NCBI GenBank assembly: GCA_934121905.1
Contig: CAKOVI010000009.1
Coordinates: forward strand, 3,986 to 67,985
From: an uncultured Clostridia bacterium
Lineage (GTDB): Bacteria > Bacillota > Clostridia > TANB77 > CAG-508
Length of the DNA stretch: 64,000 nt
Direction of reading: 5' to 3'
Positions 28,360 to 39,708 of the stretch are shown here, in pieces. Both the position numbers and the translations under genes were made by a program. The first letter of the stretch is position 1. Each line of letters begins with the position of its first letter. Under the pieces are notes generated by a model. It was not told the origin of the DNA and did no database searches. It saw only the letters and a program-made list of their open reading frames with translations.

Positions 28360-30079
28360 TTTCCTTTTCTTCCTCCAAAATTTTATCTAAATTTTGCTGT
28401 CTTTTTAATTTATTAGTTGTTGTTTTTATAAGAGGTTCCTTAGTTAAAGAAAATCCTCTTATTGCTTTATATTTTGGCATTAGACTATTTATTTCTCTTA
28501 TTTTCTTTGCAATTTCATCATGAATTTCTTTTTCACTTTGAACTTTATATGCATTGTTTACAACTTCTTCATCATAAACTATTTTTGCATATACTTTGAT
28601 ATTCTCTTTATCATTTGACATTTGTTTTCCGTATACAAATGATTCTTCTACACCTTCAATTTTATTTATAAGATTTTCCATTTCTTCTGGATAAATATTT
28701 TTGCCATTTTTTAGAACAATTACATTCTTTTTTCTTCCACAAATAAAAATATATCCATCTTCATCTATTCTAGCTAAATCTCCTGTGTAAAACCATCCAT
28801 CTATAATTGCCTTTTTAGTTGCATCTTCATTTTGGTAATATCCAAGCATTATATTTGGTCCTCTTACAATCAATTCTCCAATTCCTTCTTTGTTACAATC
28901 TATAACTTTTGCTTCGACAGATGGAACTGTTTTCCCAATTGAACCTACCTTATGATATTTTTTAGTTCCTATTCCTATAACAGGAGATGTTTCTGTAAGA
29001 CCATATCCTTGAACTAAGTTTAACCCTAAATTCCTATATTTTTGTTCTATTTCTTTATCTAAGCTTGCAGCTCCACTAATTAGAAGTTTTATGTTTCCTC
29101 CTAACATATCATGTATACTCTTAAATACTTCTTTCTTTTCTTCCATTGATGAATTTTGGTATTTTTTCTCATTTTCAAGGATTTCTTCTAAATTGTCCTT
29201 TTTTGCAATTTCTCTTCTAATCATTTTAAAAATTCTTTCATAAATTGCTGGAACAGAAGCCATTACACTAACTTTGTATTCATTTAAATTTTCGACAATA
29301 TACCTTATTCCATCACAAAATACTGTTTCAGCACCAACATACAATGAAAACAAAAATCCAACTGTACATTCAAAAACATGATGTAATGGTAAAAATGATA
29401 AAAATACATCATCTGAATTTATGTCTAGTACTGATGCTATATCCATTAAATTTGATACTAAATTTTTATGAGAAATAGCAACAATCTTTGAATCTGATGT
29501 TGTCCCTGATGTAAAAAGCATAACTGACATTTTTTCATTATCAATTTTAGCCTTTATAAATCTTTCGTCTCCACCTTCTACTAATATTTGTCCTTCATCT
29601 ATTAACTCTTTTTGCGAATATATTCCATCTAGGTGGTTCTTAAAATCCATTGATATTAATGTCTTTAGTTTTCCAATTCCTCTTGATACTATGTTTTTTA
29701 ACATATCGTTGTATTTTTCCGAATAAAATATTGCTTCAATTTCTGAACGTTCTATAAGTTTTTCAAGTTCATTTTGTGGTAATGACTTATCCAATGGTAC
29801 AACTATTCCTGTACCACATACTACTGAAAGATACGCTATTTCCCATTCATATCTATTTTCCCCAATTATTGCTATTCTCTTATTTTGTAGTCCTAAGTCT
29901 ATTAGCCTTGTTCCTAAATAGTTTATCATTTGTCTTATTTCTTTATGTGTATATGTTTTATATTTATCTTTTTCTATTTTTATTTTATATGCTATTTTTT
30001 CTCCGTATTTTTCACCAGATTTGTTTAACATATCTTTTAGATTGTTTATTTCTAAGTATTTATATATTTTTTCTGACAT
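28352..30079 (-). CDS. Long-chain fatty-acid--CoA ligase (AMP-binding enzyme)
   Basis: 575 aa. AMP-binding signature LFTSGTTSDSK and YGLTET...GEL region. It is the first gene of the fab operon. Confidence 0.88.
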   Translation of the reverse strand: MSEKIYKYLEINNLKDMLNKSGEKYGEKIAYKIKIEKDKYKTYTHKEIRQMINYLGTRLIDLGLQNKRIAIIGENRYEWEIAYLSVVCGTGIVVPLDKSLPQNELEKLIERSEIEAIFYSEKYNDMLKNIVSRGIGKLKTLISMDFKNHLDGIYSQKELIDEGQILVEGGDERFIKAKIDNEKMSVMLFTSGTTSDSKIVAISHKNLVSNLMDIASVLDINSDDVFLSFLPLHHVFECTVGFLFSLYVGAETVFCDGIRYIVENLNEYKVSVMASVPAIYERIFKMIRREIAKKDNLEEILENEKKYQNSSMEEKKEVFKSIHDMLGGNIKLLISGAASLDKEIEQKYRNLGLNLVQGYGLTETSPVIGIGTKKYHKVGSIGKTVPSVEAKVIDCNKEGIGELIVRGPNIMLGYYQNEDATKKAIIDGWFYTGDLARIDEDGYIFICGRKKNVIVLKNGKNIYPEEMENLINKIEGVEESFVYGKQMSNDKENIKVYAKIVYDEEVVNNAYKVQSEKEIHDEIAKKIREINSLMPKYKAIRGFSLTKEPLIKTTTNKLKRQQNLDKILEEEKENA

Positions 30080-30147
30080 TTGTCTTCCTCCTTTGCCCAG
30101 TATATTTATAACATATTTTCATTTTATTGGTAATTGGACTGAGAGGT

Positions 30148-30190
30148 CAGTACAAAAATAAACAGACCATGCCATAATTATAGCATAGTC
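30148..30190 (-). terminator. Rho-independent terminator (AAACAGACCATGC...GCATAGTCTGTTT with a T-run)
   Basis: Hairpin downstream of the ybjQ-like gene and upstream of the fab operon promoter region. Confidence 0.5.
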
Positions 30191-30259
30191 TGTTTTTTCT
30201 TCTAAATCACCGAGTTTTATTTCATTTTCTTTTATATTAAACTCATCTAAATTTTTTAT

Positions 30260-30742
30260 CTATATTATTTTTACTGCAGTTCCTGTAAGTGTTACTATAA
30301 TATGATTTGTTCCACCAGTAGATGTTAAATTGCTTTGTATTCCTATAACCGCATTAGCTCCAATAGCTTCGGCATTTTCTTTTAGTTTATTAGTAGCATT
30401 CATAAGTGCTGAAGCATATAATTGCTCTTGGCTTGCAAGCCCACCACCAAAAAAACCTCCAATTAAATATATATCAGTTCCAGCAACAATTCCTATATAT
30501 TCGGTAATATTATGTCCCGCAATTTCATTGGTAGTAGTTAAAATCATATTTTCAGTGTTCTGTATAGATTTATATACATTAGCCCTCATGTTCTTTTTTA
30601 CTTCTTTAAAGCCTTCTTTTATACCTTTTTCTTTTTTCTCCATACATTCAGCGCAATAACCGCCATTTGTTATATATTCTTCTGTTGATATTTTCTTATT
30701 GCATTGTGAACAATTTTCATCTAATATTTCGTTACTTGCCAT
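30260..30742 (-). CDS. YbjQ/UPF0145-family protein with an N-terminal C4 zinc-ribbon
   Basis: N-terminus CSQCNKK...YCAECMEKKE. C-terminal 100 aa MILTTTNEIAGHNITEYIGIVAG...NHIIVTLTGTAVKI matches YbjQ_1. Confidence 0.75.
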   Translation of the reverse strand: MASNEILDENCSQCNKKISTEEYITNGGYCAECMEKKEKGIKEGFKEVKKNMRANVYKSIQNTENMILTTTNEIAGHNITEYIGIVAGTDIYLIGGFFGGGLASQEQLYASALMNATNKLKENAEAIGANAVIGIQSNLTSTGGTNHIIVTLTGTAVKII

Positions 30743-31289
30743 TATTATTTCCCCCTTTTACTAAATTATAATAATTATAAAAATATGGAATAATTGCTAG
30801 ATAACCTATAGTAATAATTATTTGAAATAATAAAATGTTACCAATAAAACCATATAAACAATACAAAATTAATATTATAGCAAACATCTTATTATTTATA
30901 ACAGATTTTTTTCTTAACAATATTCCTCTAAAGTATAACAACAAAATTATGTTTAATATTATTGTTATTATATTAGGAATGACTTTAAAACTAACATAAG
31001 TATATTTATACCATACTTTTATAAGAATATTGTACAATATTGATACACTAAAAAAGAATATTAAATTAAAGTTAGCAACTTTAACATTACCCTTTTTAAA
31101 ATACATTCTCATTACAATGATTATAAAATATATCACTAAACCGAAATAAGGCAAAATTAAAACTATTCTATTTAGAATATTTAAAGGTCTTAATGATATA
31201 TAATTAATTATAAATAATAAAATACTACCAATCATACCTAATATAGCTGTTTTCTTTGTATTACTAAAAAATCCTTTTAATGTTTCCAT
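30732..31289 (-). CDS. Polytopic membrane protein (about 5 TM), unknown function. Translationally coupled to the ybjQ-like gene.
   Basis: 185-aa hydrophobic ORF overlapping the downstream gene start by 11 nt. Confidence 0.55.
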   Translation of the reverse strand: METLKGFFSNTKKTAILGMIGSILLFIINYISLRPLNILNRIVLILPYFGLVIYFIIIVMRMYFKKGNVKVANFNLIFFFSVSILYNILIKVWYKYTYVSFKVIPNIITIILNIILLLYFRGILLRKKSVINNKMFAIILILYCLYGFIGNILLFQIIITIGYLAIIPYFYNYYNLVKGGNNNGK

Positions 31290-31411
31290 TTTATTTTACA
31301 TCCCCCTTTTAAAATCTAATATTTGGCATTATTATATATTATTTATGCATAAAATTCAAGTATATACTATATAAGCCTACGCCTTCAAAGCGGTGGCATA
31401 GGCTTAATTAA

Positions 31412-32758
31412 TTAAAAATGTTTTCCTTTTCTTTTTGTTTTACTACGTTGTAATTCCTCCTCATCTTTTTCTTCATTTTCATCAGTTTCATCATTATTTT
31501 TTATTGCCTTTGGTAATTCTACATCTTCGTTGCTATCGCCTTCATCTTTATTCTCTAATCTCTTCTTTACAATTACAAAAGCAATAATGCAAACAACAAT
31601 AAATGCAACTATTCCAAATATTATATATCTAACTTTTTGCGCCTTTTTTGCGGCATCATTCATTGTTTTGTTTATGTCTGTCATATCTAAATTTGTTTTA
31701 TTAACAATAATTTGATATGTTGAATTTTGTTTTGTTTCTTCATTATAAACTAAAACCGTTATTGTATTCTCTCCTTCAGCCAAATTTTCATTACCAACAA
31801 TGTCAACACTTACACTATGACTTGAGCCTTCTGTTTCTATGTCTAGACTCGAAACATCTCCATTTACATCTACCTTATATTCATATACATTTGGTGAAAA
31901 TGCTGGGTTTAAAGTATAACCTTTTATTGATAAATTTTTCAAATCTGAATTAGTTTCGCTTTGTGCTTCTTGTGTTTTTTCTGATGATGTTTCATTCGTT
32001 GTTGTATTTGAAGTGTTTTCTTCTGCTTGATTTGCTTCTTCTCTTGTAACATTTATTGTGTATGTTTTTTGTGTTCCATCTTCTGCAGTAACAACTACAT
32101 TTAATGTATTTTTTCCAACTTTTAATTTTTGTGATTCATTTCCTTTTATTTTTGCTTTATTGTCTTGGGCTGTTGCATAAACTGTGACTTTTTCTACATC
32201 ATTTGGTACGGTTACATCGTATGATGTTTTTGATGCTTTGAAGCCTTTGAAGTCATTTGGTTTTATTCCGAGGTTACTTAGATTGGCGTTGTTGGATTTA
32301 GTTGTCTCTGTAGTGTTTGTTTTATTGTCTTTATTATTATTCGTTGTATTATTAGTAGTTGTGTTATTATTTGTTGCATTATTACCTTTTTCTTTTACTG
32401 TTATAGTTAAGTTATCTGAAACTTTTTTTGCTGATGTATCTTCACTTCCCGTTACATCTCCTTGTAGACTAACTTTATATGTTCCTACAGCACTTGCTTT
32501 GAATTTTTTCTTTTCTACTTTAGTTGTATTCTCAGCATCAGGTGTATTACCGGCATAATCTGCTGTAACCGCTCCAGATACATGTATATTCCATGCCGCA
32601 CCATTTATTGTTATTGTAACTGTAACTTCATCCCCAACATTTACTGTTGTAGAACTTGCAGATATACTTGCAGAAGCTGCATTTACTTTTCCACTAAATA
32701 TCATTATAAAAAATAGTATTAGCATACAAAATAGAGTTATTTTTTTATTTTTATTCAT
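31412..32758 (-). CDS. Membrane-anchored surface protein: signal peptide, a cohesin-like/Ig-like N-terminal domain, two cadherin-like beta-sandwich domains, and a C-terminal TM helix with a KE-rich cytoplasmic tail
   Basis: 448 aa. N-terminal region ASISASSTTVNVGDEVTVTITING.... Two repeats of the cadherin-like beta-sandwich pattern (LSNLGIKPNDF...YDVTV...TYTINV). TM IIFGIVAFIVVCIIAFVIV and a charged tail. Confidence 0.7.
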   Translation of the reverse strand: MNKNKKITLFCMLILFFIMIFSGKVNAASASISASSTTVNVGDEVTVTITINGAAWNIHVSGAVTADYAGNTPDAENTTKVEKKKFKASAVGTYKVSLQGDVTGSEDTSAKKVSDNLTITVKEKGNNATNNNTTTNNTTNNNKDNKTNTTETTKSNNANLSNLGIKPNDFKGFKASKTSYDVTVPNDVEKVTVYATAQDNKAKIKGNESQKLKVGKNTLNVVVTAEDGTQKTYTINVTREEANQAEENTSNTTTNETSSEKTQEAQSETNSDLKNLSIKGYTLNPAFSPNVYEYKVDVNGDVSSLDIETEGSSHSVSVDIVGNENLAEGENTITVLVYNEETKQNSTYQIIVNKTNLDMTDINKTMNDAAKKAQKVRYIIFGIVAFIVVCIIAFVIVKKRLENKDEGDSNEDVELPKAIKNNDETDENEEKDEEELQRSKTKRKGKHF

Positions 32759-32773
32759 ATGTTTCTCCTTTTA

Positions 32774-34324
32774 TTACAAATTTATTTTTCCTAATAGAAA
32801 TCTCTTAATGTTTAATAAATCTGCTGAGTCTATGGAGCCATCATTGTTTGTATCAGCATTATTTTTTTGTTGTTCTGTCAATGTGATTTTATTTAGTAAA
32901 TATTTTTGCAAATGTAATAAATCCGCTGAATCACGATTTCCATCTCCATTTACATCACCCTTTTTTACTTCTGTACCGTCATTTTGATTATTATTTCCAC
33001 TATCACCAGAACCACCACTATTTCCACTTCCACCAACAGAAATTAAATACTCCTTATAATTACTCTCATAATCATAAGTTGTTCTAGCAACATATCCAAC
33101 AGTACCATCATTTTTCAAAATCTTATCCCAATAAGTATTACCAACCTTTGAAGTAGCAGATTGTAATCTAGTAGCTATCTCACCAAAATATAAAGCACCT
33201 TTTGTAGAATTGCCCTTTGGTTCATTTCTCATTCTTATACTTGGATTAGCATTCACCTTAACTAAATCCACATCAACCTGCTTTGGAGCACTTGTTGTTG
33301 AAGGTCTTGAAGATGTATTTGTTGGCATATTTTCATAAACAGGAATTATAAAAGTATAACCAAAATCAATAGCACCTATATTATTCAAGGTTTTCCTTAA
33401 AGTTGTTCCTTCACTTTGAGCTGCTAAAATATTTTGCATATATTGATGCCAATACATTTTCCCATCTGAATTGTCTACATCAAATTTTTGTAAATACATT
33501 GTATTTTGACCAACTGAAATATATTTACTTGAAATTATCTGGATACCGCCATCCAAAGCCTTTTCCATGCTAGTCCAACCATAACTTTCAGCCTTTGCCA
33601 AACCATTTAGTATTACTTTTTCCTTATTGCCTCCAGATGCTCCTATGTTAAAAACATTATATATTCCAACATATTGACCATTATAACCTTGTCCGTTTGC
33701 TAAAACCGTTCCACTCTTTCCTTGTTCTTGTAAAATTCTTGCTGCTATATAATATGGATTTACATTATATTTCTTACTTGAATCCATTATTGCTGTTATA
33801 TATGTATCATTATCTAAAAAACTACCTTCTAGCATTTTCTTTAATGTATCTTTAGAATATCCATTTGAATCATATGATAATTCTAAAAATTGGAATATAT
33901 CTGATGAATTTAACGAAGCTCTTGGGTCCATCATGTACTTTAAAGCTGACGTTGATGCACATTTCCAACTTCCTGAATCATATACTGTATCTAAACAATA
34001 TCCACAAACCCATTCTCCTCCATATGATGTTGTATCTGGTACTAAATTCTTTGGAGATTGTCCATGCCCTGTGTATTCATAAGTTATTGCTTCATTCCAG
34101 TCAATTCCAGTATATAATATTTTAAAATTCCAATTTGGATGTTCTTTTTTTAAATTTTCTATTTTTTCTTTTATTTCTGGATATTTTGAAGTATTTATTG
34201 AATTAATATCACTGCTTGTTGTTTGATTTGTTGCATTTGTTTTATAACCAAATATGCCAAGTATAGTCATTAATATGATATTTATTATGATTAAAATTGC
34301 TATTATTTTTATATTTTTTTTCAT
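32774..34324 (-). CDS. Secreted peptidoglycan hydrolase: GH73 N-acetylglucosaminidase domain, SH3b domain and a C-terminal dockerin type I repeat pair
   Basis: 516 aa. GH73 core YYIAARILQEQGKSG...YNVFNIGASGG. SH3b region SIRMRNEPKG...GYVAR. Dockerin repeats DVNGDGNRDSADLLHLQKYLL and DTNNDGSIDSADLLNIKRFLL. Confidence 0.8.
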   Translation of the reverse strand: MKKNIKIIAILIIINIILMTILGIFGYKTNATNQTTSSDINSINTSKYPEIKEKIENLKKEHPNWNFKILYTGIDWNEAITYEYTGHGQSPKNLVPDTTSYGGEWVCGYCLDTVYDSGSWKCASTSALKYMMDPRASLNSSDIFQFLELSYDSNGYSKDTLKKMLEGSFLDNDTYITAIMDSSKKYNVNPYYIAARILQEQGKSGTVLANGQGYNGQYVGIYNVFNIGASGGNKEKVILNGLAKAESYGWTSMEKALDGGIQIISSKYISVGQNTMYLQKFDVDNSDGKMYWHQYMQNILAAQSEGTTLRKTLNNIGAIDFGYTFIIPVYENMPTNTSSRPSTTSAPKQVDVDLVKVNANPSIRMRNEPKGNSTKGALYFGEIATRLQSATSKVGNTYWDKILKNDGTVGYVARTTYDYESNYKEYLISVGGSGNSGGSGDSGNNNQNDGTEVKKGDVNGDGNRDSADLLHLQKYLLNKITLTEQQKNNADTNNDGSIDSADLLNIKRFLLGKINL

Positions 34325-34395
34325 TTTTCGTACCTTCCTTTTAGCTTTTCGCTAATTTTTTTCTTTTATGTTATTTTTTTACATTTTTCGCTTAT

Positions 34396-34425
34396 AGTAT
34401 ATCATTTTTGGGTTTTATAAGTCAA
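34396..34425 (-). promoter_or_regulatory. Sigma-A-like promoter (TTGACT-18nt-TATACT) for the hydrolase/surface-protein bicistron
   Basis: Hexamers read on the minus strand, about 70 nt upstream of the 34324 start. Confidence 0.45.
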
Positions 34426-34450
34426 TAAATTTTGGTATTTTTTGCTACTT

Positions 34451-34501
34451 TTCTGATTGGGGACGGTTCTTTTTGCGAAAAGAACCGTCCCCAATCAGAA
34501 A
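34451..34501. repeat. MITE-like palindromic repeat, copy 12 (perfect palindrome TTCTGATTGGGGACGGTTCTTTTTGCGAAAAGAACCGTCCCCAATCAGAAA)
   Basis: Seen directly in the sequence. It has the same termini as copy 13. Confidence 0.9.
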
Positions 34502-34535
34502 AATAAACAATTCCAACAAGAAAAAGCCCGTTTTT

Positions 34536-34805
34536 TTACCAAACGAGCTTCACCAAAATATTTTCCAAATCAAATTTCACTTTATTATCCTCTTTTTCAT
34601 ATCCGCAAACCATTGCAGTATTAATCCTAAAATTACAATTAGTTCCATTTATTTCTATAAATCCAATGTCCTTTTTATAATTCACATTAGCATCATTCAA
34701 TTCAATCTTTCCCTCTATGGCCCTTTCAAATTCAAGTTTGATTTTAGTATTATTTTCATATTCTTTTAAAACTTTAGTTAATTCATTTTCATTAAATTTT
34801 GTCAT
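34536..34805 (-). CDS. Small hypothetical protein (89 aa) bracketed by repeat copies 12 and 13
   Basis: ORF with a long upstream leader. No recognisable motif. Confidence 0.45.
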   Translation of the reverse strand: MTKFNENELTKVLKEYENNTKIKLEFERAIEGKIELNDANVNYKKDIGFIEINGTNCNFRINTAMVCGYEKEDNKVKFDLENILVKLVW

Positions 34806-35015
34806 AGTAATTCCTCTCTTTCTATTCCTATTATTTACTATTTGAAAATTTTATATTCATGATAACTTAATAAGCTCCTAACTTCTTATCTTGAATAAGT
34901 GTTAATCCATCACCTCGAATCGCGAATTTTTGAGTTTAGATTTTGAAAAAATTTTTTGAATTAATTTATAACATATTACCATATTTTGATTATAAAATCT
35001 AGCGAACAAAAAAAA

Positions 35016-35107
35016 TTCTGATTGGGGACAATTCTTTTCAGAAAATGTTCCAAAAAGACCCGGTTCCAATGGAACATTTTGCCAAAAGAACCGTCCCCAA
35101 TCAGAAA
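35016..35107. repeat. MITE-like palindromic repeat, copy 13 (TTCTGATTGGGGAC...GTCCCCAATCAGAAA termini; internal CCAAAAAGACCCGGTTCCAATGG)
   Basis: Abuts the stop codon of the ABC permease gene. Confidence 0.85.
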
Positions 35108-35110
35108 AAA

Positions 35111-36520
35111 TTACACATTTTTAATATTTCTCTTATTAAATACAACAAAAGTTGGAATAATCATTATAACAAAATACACTAAGCAAATAATAATTGACAC
35201 AGGTATACTCATTCCTTTTATCAATGGTAAATTTCCATAGAAAAATTGTGTAAAATCCCAATTTGGTGTAACAAAAAACTTAAGCCATTCCATATCATAA
35301 TAATATGCAAATTGATTAACAATACTAGAGGCCATATACCCTAATAAAGTTATTGTAATCGCAACAGCTGTGTTATTAAATAATGTACTTAATGCAAATG
35401 CTAATGTTCCTAGTAATACATAAATTGGAAGTTTTCCTAATCCTGTACAGATTATACTTTTTAATATTCCTACTTCCATAATTTTGCCAGTCTTAAAGTT
35501 ATATACAACATTAGGAATACTTAATGAGTCAAATCCTAATAAAATTCCCCCTATTATAAATTGCAATATTACTGTAACTACCATTATAAATAAAACTGTA
35601 ATTAATACTGTTATAAATTTAGCAAATAAAATTTTCGTTCTACTATATGGTCTTACAAGTAGCGATTTTATTGTTCCTTTATTAAATTCATCACTTACTA
35701 TTGCTCCTGCAATTAGTACAATTGTTATTATTATAAATAGTTCATATTTTGAAAATACATTTAACAAAAATTCTCTAGCATCTGTTGTATTGTAAATATC
35801 TTTGCTTTGTTCTATTGCATATCTACTTTTTTCCGCATCTTCTTTGGCTAATTGATATGCTTTTTCTTCTTCATATGATTTGTTGTTTTTATTTGATAAT
35901 TCATTTACTTCTAATTGACTTTGTTGATATCTTGACAATGCTGCATTTTTATAGTCATCTCCATATTCAATTTCGTTTTTTAACCTCATTTCTAATACCT
36001 CTATTTGTATTAAGGTCGATTGGTCTTTTTCGTTTTCACTTAATCCTTCTTGAGATTTTTTTAGTTCATCTAATTCGTCTTGTACAAAACCTTTCCAGTC
36101 ATTTGCTTTTAATCTTTCTGTAAATTTATTATATGTTTCTTTAGCTTCATTTAATGCTTCTTCATCTTTTATTTTATATGTATATGTATTTATTTCTGAT
36201 AAATAGCTTGATGCTTTTTCTAGTATTAGCTTATATTGCCATGTTCCTTTATCATATTGCTTTAATAGTTCATATGTGTCAAGTTCTGTTTTATCATTAA
36301 CATACATATCTAAATCTTGTTGATTGTCTAAATTTAGACTACTTATTCTATCTTTTAAATTTTCAACATAGCTTTCATCGTAATATTCATAATCACTTGT
36401 ATATACATATTTATACATAACATTTGCAAGTACTATATATGCTAATACAACAATAAGTATTATGTAGAAACTTTTCTTTCTTACTATTTTGATTATTTCG
36501 TTTTTCACTAAATTATTCAA
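35111..36520 (-). CDS. ABC-2 family transporter permease (about 6 TM, with a large extracytoplasmic/coiled-coil loop)
   Basis: 469 aa, overlapping and downstream of the ABC ATPase gene. The hydrophobic C-terminal half is typical of ABC-2 permeases. Confidence 0.75.
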   Translation of the reverse strand: MNNLVKNEIIKIVRKKSFYIILIVVLAYIVLANVMYKYVYTSDYEYYDESYVENLKDRISSLNLDNQQDLDMYVNDKTELDTYELLKQYDKGTWQYKLILEKASSYLSEINTYTYKIKDEEALNEAKETYNKFTERLKANDWKGFVQDELDELKKSQEGLSENEKDQSTLIQIEVLEMRLKNEIEYGDDYKNAALSRYQQSQLEVNELSNKNNKSYEEEKAYQLAKEDAEKSRYAIEQSKDIYNTTDAREFLLNVFSKYELFIIITIVLIAGAIVSDEFNKGTIKSLLVRPYSRTKILFAKFITVLITVLFIMVVTVILQFIIGGILLGFDSLSIPNVVYNFKTGKIMEVGILKSIICTGLGKLPIYVLLGTLAFALSTLFNNTAVAITITLLGYMASSIVNQFAYYYDMEWLKFFVTPNWDFTQFFYGNLPLIKGMSIPVSIIICLVYFVIMIIPTFVVFNKRNIKNV

Positions 36521-37418
36521 TTACATTACCTCCTGTCTTTTTTAAGAATGCATCTTCTAGACTTAAAATTTCTTCATTTACCATATAAACCTTTTTATTT
36601 GCTTCTACTAATTTTTTTACAATTGGAGGTATTTCTTCTTTGCTTACATTTATTTTGAATTGTGTTTCACTTAGTTGTTTTATTGGTTTCTCCAGTATTT
36701 TTTCGATGTTATTTATATTGTCGAGTTCTATTATATATGATTGTTCAACTTTTTTTACTTCGCTTATTGTATTTGTTTCTACAATTGTTCCGTTTTTTAT
36801 GATTGTTACTTTATTGCAAAAACTTTCTAACTCTGATAAATTATGACTTGATATTACTATTGCCATTTTTTCTTTTTCTGCTAAATGTTTTATTAAATCT
36901 CTTAATTCTTTTATACCTTCTGGGTCTAATCCATTTGTTGGTTCGTCTAAAATTAATATGTTTGGCTTATGTAATAAAGCTTGTGCTATTCCTAATCTTT
37001 GTCTCATTCCTAATGAATATTTTGATACTTTATCATTAATTCTTTGCTCTAATTTTACGAGTTTTACTACTTCGTCTATTCTGCTATTGTCTACATTTTT
37101 ATATAAGTTTTTTATTAATTTTAAATTTTGATATCCTGTTAAATACATATATAAATCTGGATTTTCTACTATTGTTCCTACTTTTGCTATTGCTTGCTCG
37201 AAGTTTTTTTCTATGTCATATCCATTGATTTCAACTTTTCCACTGTCTATACTTTGTAAGCCTAATATTAGTTTTATTGTTGTTGTTTTTCCTGCTCCAT
37301 TTGGTCCTATAAAGCCTAGTATGTCCCCTTGTTCTACTTCTAGTGAGACATTGTTTAGTATTTGCTTTTTACCAAAATGTTTGCATATTTTTTCACATTT
37401 TAAAATTGTTTCACTCAT
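36513..37418 (-). CDS. ABC transporter ATP-binding protein
   Basis: Walker A GPNGAGKTT, signature LSLGMRQRLGIA, Walker B ILILDEPT. Confidence 0.92.
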   Translation of the reverse strand: MSETILKCEKICKHFGKKQILNNVSLEVEQGDILGFIGPNGAGKTTTIKLILGLQSIDSGKVEINGYDIEKNFEQAIAKVGTIVENPDLYMYLTGYQNLKLIKNLYKNVDNSRIDEVVKLVKLEQRINDKVSKYSLGMRQRLGIAQALLHKPNILILDEPTNGLDPEGIKELRDLIKHLAEKEKMAIVISSHNLSELESFCNKVTIIKNGTIVETNTISEVKKVEQSYIIELDNINNIEKILEKPIKQLSETQFKINVSKEEIPPIVKKLVEANKKVYMVNEEILSLEDAFLKKTGGNVIE

Positions 37419-37444
37419 TTTTTTCCCCTTTCTTTTATGGTTTT

Positions 37445-37472
37445 AGTATACTATTTTTTGAGGAATTGTCAA
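37445..37472 (-). promoter_or_regulatory. Sigma-A-like promoter (TTGACA-16nt-TATACT) for the ABC transporter operon
   Basis: Hexamers read on the minus strand, about 25 nt upstream of the ATG at 37418. Confidence 0.5.
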
Positions 37473-37521
37473 TGAAATTAATAAATTCTTTATTTTTAAA
37501 TCATTCATAATTCTTACTAAA

Positions 37522-37560
37522 AAAAGAAAAAATAGTAATATATATTACTATTTCTTCTTT
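37522..37560 (-). terminator. Rho-independent terminator ending the glycolytic operon (AAATAGTAATAT...ATATTACTATTT with a T-run)
   Basis: Hairpin and U-run directly downstream of the eno stop. Confidence 0.6.
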
Positions 37561-37577
37561 TTTATTATACTATAAAA

Positions 37578-39695
<2,118 letters not shown>

Positions 39696-39708
39696 CCCTT
39701 TTTCTCTC

